The translations under genes were made by a program, and so were the position numbers. A stretch of DNA of 64,000 nt from a bacterium (lineage in GTDB: Bacteria; Auribacterota; UBA6266): positions 1,596,111-1,660,110 of the forward strand of contig JALOBK010000001.1 of NCBI GenBank assembly GCA_023228325.1. The letters are read 5' to 3'. Shown here one piece after another: positions 57,819 through 64,000 of the stretch. The notes under the pieces are model-generated. The model worked only from the letters and a program-made list of their open reading frames with translations, searched no databases and was not told the origin of the DNA. Within the stretch, counting starts at the first letter, position 1. Each line of letters begins with the position of its first letter.

Positions 57819-58460
57819 ATGAAGGTTAAGGATTTTTATGATATTGATTATGAGGAGATGCGCGATATACAGAGAAAGGAAGTCTCTGAAGTTATAAGCG
57901 GAGGCGAAAACAGAGTCCTTTTCCCTGGCTTTCATCATATAATGACAACGGGAAGGGATTTTAAAAAATCCGACCTTCTTGTGACGGATAATATTTTAAA
58001 TTCGTTGGGGATTAAGGTTTTTGCGGCTGACAGAGGGGGGAATATAACCTATCACGGACCGGGTCAGATTGTCTGTTATCCTGTCATCAATCTGAAATAC
58101 TGGAAAAAAGATGTAAACTTGTTTATCCGCGTTATAGAAAATGTAATTATAGCGGTGTTGGCTAAGACAGGAATTGCCGCAGTTAAAAAAAAACAGTTGA
58201 CAGGCGTCTGGGTTAAAGATAAAAAAATAGCATCGATTGGGATAGGTTTTTCGAAGTGGGTGTCGTATCATGGTTTTTCATTGAACGTTGAACCCGGGCT
58301 GTATTATTTCTCAATTATAAATCCGTGCGGAATCAGGGATGCGGAATATACGTCAATAAATAAGGAAACGGGGAAGAACTTCAGCATTGAATTATTAAAG
58401 GGTTATATTATCGATGAGCTCGAATGCTGTTTCAACAAGGCTGCCGCCCTGGCTTATTAA
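57819..58460 (+). CDS. lipB: Octanoyltransferase (lipoyl(octanoyl) transferase)
   Basis: 'RGGNITYHGPGQIVCYPVI' and 'KIASIGI' LipB motifs; 213 aa. Confidence 0.85.
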   Translation: MKVKDFYDIDYEEMRDIQRKEVSEVISGGENRVLFPGFHHIMTTGRDFKKSDLLVTDNILNSLGIKVFAADRGGNITYHGPGQIVCYPVINLKYWKKDVNLFIRVIENVIIAVLAKTGIAAVKKKQLTGVWVKDKKIASIGIGFSKWVSYHGFSLNVEPGLYYFSIINPCGIRDAEYTSINKETGKNFSIELLKGYIIDELECCFNKAAALAY

Positions 58461-59301
58461 GAAAATATACCGGAATGAAATATCTCTTGAGACCAAAGAG
58501 ATATTAAGGTCGCTTAAATTAAACACTGTCTGTGAAAGCGCGCGCTGTCCGAACATGTGGGAATGTTTTTCAAAGCGCCGCGCTACCTTTATGATCCTTG
58601 GGGATATTTGCACCAGAAACTGCGCTTTCTGTTCAGTAAAAAAAGGATTGCCCGACCTCCCCGAAAAATCAGAACCCGCGAATATAGCCGAAGCGGTGGG
58701 CAGGTTGGATTTAAAACATGTGGTCATAACATCTGTTACCAGAGATGATCTGGAAGATGGCGGGGCAGATCACTTTGCCCGGACGGTTTCTATGATTAAA
58801 AAGATGCATTCCGATGTTGTGGTCGAAGTTTTGACGCCGGATTTTCAAGGTGACGTAGACTGCATAAGGCAGGTTGCCGAATCCGGGCCGGACATATTCA
58901 ACCATAATATTGAAACAATAAGCAGGTTATATAAACAGGTAAGGCCTCAGGCTGATTACTCCAGGTCATTAAATCTCCTGAAGTTCATCAAGGATAATTA
59001 TCCCGGTATATACACAAAATCGGGTTTGATGGCAGGCCTTGGAGAAAACAGGTATGAACTTGAGGCAACTTTCGATGACCTTATAGCGCATAGTTGCGAT
59101 ATCCTTACGATAGGGCAATATCTTTCTCCTTCCAGGAACAATATTCCCGTTGCCGAATATATCCATCCTGACGAATTTAAGTATCTGGAAAAGGTTGCTT
59201 TTGAAAAAGGTTTTTTGTATGTTATGTCCGGTCCGTTTGTGCGCAGTTCTTACAACGCGGATCAGGTATTCAGTAAAAATAACGGTAAAAAGGAGGTATA
59301 A
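58414..59301 (+). CDS. lipA: Lipoyl synthase
   Basis: Two Fe-S motifs 'CESARCPNMWEC' and radical SAM 'CTRNCAFC'; 295 aa; overlaps lipB end. Confidence 0.9.
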   Translation: MSSNAVSTRLPPWLIKKIYRNEISLETKEILRSLKLNTVCESARCPNMWECFSKRRATFMILGDICTRNCAFCSVKKGLPDLPEKSEPANIAEAVGRLDLKHVVITSVTRDDLEDGGADHFARTVSMIKKMHSDVVVEVLTPDFQGDVDCIRQVAESGPDIFNHNIETISRLYKQVRPQADYSRSLNLLKFIKDNYPGIYTKSGLMAGLGENRYELEATFDDLIAHSCDILTIGQYLSPSRNNIPVAEYIHPDEFKYLEKVAFEKGFLYVMSGPFVRSSYNADQVFSKNNGKKEV

Positions 59302-59305
59302 TCTT

Positions 59306-59593
59306 ATGTTTGAAGTCGTTGTCCCGGATCTGGGCGCTGATGTTGAGAAAGCAAAGATATCGTTCTGGCATTATGATGAGGGTGATAAGGTGGAAAAGAA
59401 CGATGACGTTGTGGAATTAGCCACAGATAAAGCCACATTTAACGTTCCGGCCCCCGAATCGGGTATAATAGCAGAGTTATGTGTTAAAGAAGGAGATGAA
59501 GTGGAGGTGGGGGAAGTTATAGCTTTTATAGATGAAGAAGCCGAGGAACTTGAACTTGTTGAAGAGGATGAAGAAGAAGATACAAAATTCTGA
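59306..59593 (+). CDS. Stand-alone lipoyl/biotinyl-attachment domain protein with acidic C-terminal tail
   Basis: 95 aa; 'VVELATDKATFNVPAPESGIIAEL' contains the conserved acceptor Lys in a DKA context; tail 'EEAEELELVEEDEEEDTKF'; AGGAGG RBS 9 nt upstream. Confidence 0.7.
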   Translation: MFEVVVPDLGADVEKAKISFWHYDEGDKVEKNDDVVELATDKATFNVPAPESGIIAELCVKEGDEVEVGEVIAFIDEEAEELELVEEDEEEDTKF

Positions 59594-59595
59594 TT

Positions 59596-60360
59596 ATGAA
59601 AATTCATTCAACTGCAATAATCGGTAAAAATGTTAAATTGGCGGATGATGTGGAAATCGGCCCCTACTCGGTTATCGATGGAGATATTAATATCGGCCGT
59701 AAAAACAGGATACATCCATTTGTCCATATTAAAGGAAAAGGAACGATAGGAGAAGGTAATGAAATCCACACCGGCGCTGTCATAGGCGATATTCCTCAAG
59801 ACCCTAATTACGAAGGGAAAAAATCTTCATTTAAGATAGGCAACAACAATAAGATCCGCGAAATGGTTACCATCCATATAGGTTCTTCAGAAAAGTCGCC
59901 GACCGTCATCGGAAACAATAATTTCATTATGGCGTGCGCCCACGTCGCGCATGACTGTGTGCTCGGTAATAATATCATAATGGCCAATGCCGCGCTGCTG
60001 GCGGGACATGTCGTTATTTTTGACCAGGTTTTCATATCGGGAGGGGTCGCAATACATCAATTTTGCAGGATAGGCAAATGCAGTATGATGAGCGGCAACA
60101 GCAGGATTTCAAAGGATGTCCCGCCTTTTATAATGGTTGCGGAAAGAAATGAGGTTTACGGAATCAATGCTATCGGCATGAAAAGGAACTCATATCCCAG
60201 AGAAACAATAAATGAAATAAAGGAGATCTATAAAATATATTATAAAAAGGGAATAAATAAACATAATGCCATGGATAAGATAAAATCAATCGGTTTTAAA
60301 ACACCTGAAGCAGGTGAATTTATAGAATTTATTATCAGCTCAAAAAGAGGGGTCTGCTGA
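59596..60360 (+). CDS. lpxA: Acyl-ACP--UDP-N-acetylglucosamine O-acyltransferase
   Basis: Left-handed beta-helix hexapeptide repeats throughout; ~254 aa, 'IHSTAIIGKNVKLADDVEIGPYSVI' N-terminus typical of LpxA. Confidence 0.8.
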   Translation: MKIHSTAIIGKNVKLADDVEIGPYSVIDGDINIGRKNRIHPFVHIKGKGTIGEGNEIHTGAVIGDIPQDPNYEGKKSSFKIGNNNKIREMVTIHIGSSEKSPTVIGNNNFIMACAHVAHDCVLGNNIIMANAALLAGHVVIFDQVFISGGVAIHQFCRIGKCSMMSGNSRISKDVPPFIMVAERNEVYGINAIGMKRNSYPRETINEIKEIYKIYYKKGINKHNAMDKIKSIGFKTPEAGEFIEFIISSKRGVC

Positions 60361-60456
60361 TTATATTCAAAATATTCAAAAAAGGGCTGGAAATACCCAG
60401 CTCTTTTTTTTATGCTGTTTATGGTATTTAATGTTATTAAAATAGAGTAAAAATAT

Positions 60457-61572
60457 ATGAACAGACTTCTTTTGTGTTATATCTCCCGGAGGTCAGGGCA
60501 TCATAAAGCGGCTCTTGTCCTGGAAAATGCGCTGAAAACGGCAAACCGGGACCTTAAATTGAAAGTTATTAATCCTTTTCATTACACCAATCCGCTGCTT
60601 TCCAAGATGACTTTAAAAACATATATGGGTTTGATACGGAGAACACCCGAAATATGGGATTATTTGTATGATAACAGAAATGTAAAAGCCAGGACAGTTA
60701 AGATCAGGAATTTTTTCCAGAAAATAAGCATGGCCAGGATAGATAAACTGCTGAATGAATTTTACCCCGATATTGTGGTTTGCACACAGGCTTTGCCGTG
60801 CTGTCTGTTCTCTCAATACAAGAAAGTAAAAGATAAAAACATAAAGGTCGCCGCTGTAATCACGGATTATGTAGTGCATTCTTATTGGATAAATGATGAG
60901 GTTGATATGTATTTTGTGCCGTCCCGGGAAGCCGCAGACCGCCTTATTGAGGAAGGTATCGCTGCTGACCGCGTATATGTATCCGGCATACCGATAGATT
61001 TAAGGTTCAGCGATAATACAGATAAGCCAAGGGCAAAGATAAAACTTGGATTGCCGGCGTCAAAATCACTGGTTACCATTATGGGAGGAGGGTACGGCTT
61101 AGGGTCTCTTGAAGATGTAATAACTGAACTATTGAATATTTCCGGTGAAACATTTTTGCTTGTTATAGCCGGAGGTAATAATAAGCTGTATGAAGCGCTT
61201 AACAGGGATTATGGCAGCAGAGAGAATATCAGAATAACAGGATATACCGATGAAATAAATATTATAATGGATGCTACTGATATATTGATATCCAAACCCG
61301 GGGGCATAACTTCGGCGGAAACCATGGCAAAAGGAGTCCCGATGATTATAAATTCTCCGTTACCGGGACAGGAGAAGTCAAATGCCAGATACTTAAGCGA
61401 TAAAAACGCCGCGTTGTTATCAAGGAACGCGAAGGATGCCGGTGATTTGACAAAAAAACTGCTTACAGGCGAGATCGACAAGAAAAATTTAGTTGAAAAT
61501 GCTTTAAAAATCGGGAATTTAAAAAGCGCCGGGATAATATCACAAAAAATAAATGAATTATGGTTAAGATAA
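60457..61572 (+). CDS. GT28-family glycosyltransferase (MGDG synthase/UgtP-like diacylglycerol glycosyltransferase)
   Basis: 'ISRRSGHHKAALVLENAL' N-terminal motif, 'VITDYVVHSYWINDEVDMYFVPS', C-terminal 'KPGGITSAETMAKGVPMI' match UgtP/MGDG synthase pattern rather than LpxB. Confidence 0.75.
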   Translation: MNRLLLCYISRRSGHHKAALVLENALKTANRDLKLKVINPFHYTNPLLSKMTLKTYMGLIRRTPEIWDYLYDNRNVKARTVKIRNFFQKISMARIDKLLNEFYPDIVVCTQALPCCLFSQYKKVKDKNIKVAAVITDYVVHSYWINDEVDMYFVPSREAADRLIEEGIAADRVYVSGIPIDLRFSDNTDKPRAKIKLGLPASKSLVTIMGGGYGLGSLEDVITELLNISGETFLLVIAGGNNKLYEALNRDYGSRENIRITGYTDEINIIMDATDILISKPGGITSAETMAKGVPMIINSPLPGQEKSNARYLSDKNAALLSRNAKDAGDLTKKLLTGEIDKKNLVENALKIGNLKSAGIISQKINELWLR

Positions 61573-62429
61573 TATATTTTTCTTTACTGCATTTTCTGGC
61601 TTTGCATCTGCCCAGGAGGATAAGCTATGCGATAGCATGGTTTATTGCGAATTTGAATTTTTTTCTTAACAGAGCGAGCAGGAGAGGCGTTATCGCAAAT
61701 TTATCCGTAATAATGGAGTTTAAAGGCAGAGACATCAGGGATAATTCAACAAAGAGGGAAATAAAAGGAATAGCCAGAAGGACTTTTATTAATTTCGGGA
61801 AATATCTTGTTGATTTTTTCGGGGCCGGGAATTTAACCAGGGATTTTATCAACAGAAAAATTGAGATAAACGGTTTAGAAGCGCTGGACAAAACGATTAA
61901 AAATAACAAAGGCGGTATTTTTGTTTCAGTTCATCTGGGTAATTGGGAGTTGGGCGCCATAGTTCTTGCGCTGCTGGAATATCCTATAAATGTTGTGGTA
62001 TTGCCGCATAAAAATAAAAAAGTGGATGGATTATTTGTTGAAAAAAGGACAAGTAAACATGTAAAAGTTATCCCCATAGGGTATGCTCTCAGAAGATGTT
62101 TTGAAGCGTTAAGAAAAAATGAGATTGTGGCCGTATTAGGCGACAGGGATACTACTTTAAACGGGGAAGTGCATAAATTTTTCGGAAAAAGATGTATTTT
62201 GCCCAAAGGCTCTGTAGACATCGCGTTGCGGACAGGTTGTAATATAGTATTTGGGTTTTTTGTCAGGAAATCATATGATAAATACCTATTTGAGATTAAC
62301 GGCCCGATAGAGGCTGATAAGAATAATATATCGAGAGATGAATTGTGGGACAAGATAATCGTGAAAATGGAAGAAATGATTTTAAAATATCCTGACCAGT
62401 GGTTTGTTTTTTATCCTTTATGGAGTTGA
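61560..62429 (+). CDS. Lysophospholipid/lipid A late acyltransferase family protein (LpxL/HtrB-like)
   Basis: 'VHLGNWELGA' (HX4E/D acyltransferase motif); 289 aa; N-terminal hydrophobic anchor. Confidence 0.75.
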   Translation: MVKIIYFSLLHFLALHLPRRISYAIAWFIANLNFFLNRASRRGVIANLSVIMEFKGRDIRDNSTKREIKGIARRTFINFGKYLVDFFGAGNLTRDFINRKIEINGLEALDKTIKNNKGGIFVSVHLGNWELGAIVLALLEYPINVVVLPHKNKKVDGLFVEKRTSKHVKVIPIGYALRRCFEALRKNEIVAVLGDRDTTLNGEVHKFFGKRCILPKGSVDIALRTGCNIVFGFFVRKSYDKYLFEINGPIEADKNNISRDELWDKIIVKMEEMILKYPDQWFVFYPLWS

Positions 62430-62435
62430 TGGCAG

Positions 62436-63122
62436 ATGGAAATAATCGCTTTAATCAGCGCGTTTAATGAAGGAAGATATGTTGCGGGCGTAGTCGGGAA
62501 AGCGAAAAAGTACTGTAAAGAGATAATTGTTGTGGACGACTGCTCAGAGGATAATACATCCGATGAAGCAAAATCGGCGGGGGCGGCTGTTTTAAGGCAT
62601 GATATCAATAAAGGCAAAGGCGCGGCGATAGGAACGGGGCTTAGTTACCTGGCGGGGAGAAATTTTGATGCGGTCGTGCTGATGGATGGTGACGCCCAGC
62701 ATGACCCGGATGACATTCCGGTGTTAGCCGAATGTATGGAAAGGACCGCTGCCGATATTGTAATAGGTTCCAGGATGCATAATCCGGAAGATATGCCGTT
62801 GATAAGATTGCTTACCAATAAGTTTATGAGCTGGATTCTCAGAAAGTATACGAAAATCAGTTTAAGCGATACGCAATGCGGGTTCCGTCTCATCAAGAAA
62901 CATGTAATAGATAATTTAAGCTTAAATTCCGATAAGTTTGAAATTGAATCAGAACTTATCATTAAAGCGGCGGCAAAGAAGTTTAAAGTGTCTGAAGCTC
63001 CTGTAAAGACAATTTACGGTTCTGAAAAGAGCAAGATAAGACCTTTCAGAGATACTTTGAGATTTATAAAATTTATGCTGTCTGTTAAAAAAGGGCAAAA
63101 TGCGGAATTTACAGGAAAATGA
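62436..63122 (+). CDS. Glycosyltransferase family 2 (polyprenol-phosphate sugar transferase-like)
   Basis: 'ALISAFNEGRYV', 'VDDCSEDNT', 'LMDGDAQHDPDDIP'; 228 aa soluble GT-A. Confidence 0.8.
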   Translation: MEIIALISAFNEGRYVAGVVGKAKKYCKEIIVVDDCSEDNTSDEAKSAGAAVLRHDINKGKGAAIGTGLSYLAGRNFDAVVLMDGDAQHDPDDIPVLAECMERTAADIVIGSRMHNPEDMPLIRLLTNKFMSWILRKYTKISLSDTQCGFRLIKKHVIDNLSLNSDKFEIESELIIKAAAKKFKVSEAPVKTIYGSEKSKIRPFRDTLRFIKFMLSVKKGQNAEFTGK

Positions 63123-63759
63123 TTTTTCCGAACAAAGAAGGGAAATGGTACATGGCCAGCTCATGGCCAGGGATATATATTCTGAAAAGGTAATAAAAGC
63201 TTTTTTGTCCGTCAGGAGAGAATTATTTGTGCCTGAAGAATCCCGTGAGCACGCGTACAGGGATTTTCCTCTGGGAATAGGATTCGGACAGACTATTTCT
63301 CAGCCGTATATAGTAGCTTTAATGACACAGGCGGCAGATGTTTTTGAAGGGTCAAAAATATTGGAAATCGGGTCAGGCTCCGGGTATCAGGCCGCAATAC
63401 TGGCTTATATGGGAGCGGAAGTTTACTCTGTTGAGAGAATACAGGGCTTGAAAGAACTGGCTGAGCGAAACTGCGGGAAAGCCGGTTTCCCTGCAGTCAA
63501 ATTTAAAATCGGAGATGGGAGTCTCGGTTGGCCCGAATACGCTCCTTACGATATAGTCATCGTTACCGCGGCTTCTCCCCATATTCCGGGAGAACTTGTT
63601 AATCAGCTTAAGGAGAATGGCAGGATGGTTATTCCTGTGGGCGGGTCGGCGGTTCAGGATTTATTATTGGCCCGAAAAAAAGATAATAATATTATTAAGC
63701 AAAAATTATGCGGCTGCAGGTTTGTTCCTCTTATAGGAGAAGATGCTTGGAAAGATTGA
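63100..63759 (+). CDS. pcm: Protein-L-isoaspartate O-methyltransferase
   Basis: 'ISQPYIVALM', SAM motif 'ILEIGSGSGYQAAILA', 'VTAAS'; 219 aa. Confidence 0.9.
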   Translation: MRNLQENDFSEQRREMVHGQLMARDIYSEKVIKAFLSVRRELFVPEESREHAYRDFPLGIGFGQTISQPYIVALMTQAADVFEGSKILEIGSGSGYQAAILAYMGAEVYSVERIQGLKELAERNCGKAGFPAVKFKIGDGSLGWPEYAPYDIVIVTAASPHIPGELVNQLKENGRMVIPVGGSAVQDLLLARKKDNNIIKQKLCGCRFVPLIGEDAWKD

Positions 63760-64000
63760 ATTTTTACGTTACTCTTGTTTTATTAGTTGTTTTTTGCGGG
63801 TTATCCTATGCTCAGGAAGACAGTATAGGATACAGGATAGCGGATGACCTTCAAAAAAGGGGAATTTCGCAGGAATCCGCCGTATTGATAATCGCCGCCC
63901 TGCCGATTGTCGAACTCAGAGGTTCCATCCCGGTGGCTCACCTTATGGGAATGGAACCGTTTAAAGCGTATCTCATTTCCATAGCGGGTAATATGATACC
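63760..64000 (+). CDS. Hypothetical protein, 3'-truncated by window edge
   Basis: Open frame from TTG 63760 to window end, hydrophobic N-terminus; no family assignable. Confidence 0.3.

Noticed and set aside
60457-61572. Possibility that the glycosyltransferase after lpxA is LpxB
   Set aside because: The N-terminal 'SGHHKAA' motif and C-terminal 'KPGGITSAETMAKGVPMI' fit GT28 (MGDG synthase/UgtP) rather than the GT19 LpxB pattern.
1-64000. Search for mobile elements, prophage, restriction-modification or other defence systems, rRNA and tRNA
   Set aside because: No transposase, integrase, phage structural protein, methyltransferase-endonuclease pair, tRNA-like or rRNA-like sequence was recognisable. 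The window appears to be core chromosome plus a surface-polysaccharide and PEP-CTERM region.

Overview
This 64 kb window reads as a low-GC (roughly 40%) chromosomal segment from a diderm bacterium; I do not assert a taxon. It is densely coding, and I found no rRNA, tRNA, CRISPR array, transposase or integrase. All functional calls below come from reading motifs in the supplied ORF translations, not from database searches. Contents in order: (1) 1-3.1 kb, the 3' end of a nucleotide-sugar modification module (dehydrogenase, epimerase, DegT-type aminotransferase). (2) 3.1-15.3 kb, housekeeping genes (family-4 UDG, RidA, PriA, ThyX, aldose-1-epimerase, CarB) plus a TPR-PilZ protein and one PEP-CTERM protein. 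(3) 15.6-36.3 kb, a large same-strand exopolysaccharide assembly/export locus: secretin, Wzz-like co-polymerase, EpsG-like kinase, Wzx, Wzy-like, several glycosyltransferases, the GDP-fucose pathway (gmd, fcl), a WecA-like initiating transferase, and exosortase plus EpsI. (4) 36.4-42.3 kb and 50.2 kb, PEP-CTERM protein genes, each apparently monocistronic, with a LacI-family regulator embedded among them. (5) 42.3-50 kb, a DUF62 SAM hydroxide adenosyltransferase, Pgi, an FMN-binding protein translationally coupled to a TIGR03960-type radical SAM enzyme, its usual TIGR03936 partner, and RNase G. (6) 51-64 kb, a conserved housekeeping block (rplU-rpmA-obg-proB-proA-nadD-rsfS-argS-lipB-lipA, then lpxA and lipid/glycolipid genes, pcm). 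The most interesting signal is a set of CG-centred palindromes in the leaders of the PEP-CTERM genes that look like LacI-family operators, suggesting a sugar-responsive regulon of exosortase-sorted proteins. Coordinates of CDS follow the ORF track, with starts adjusted where an RBS or family N-terminus supports it. Coordinates of small motifs were counted by hand and may be off by 1-3 bp.
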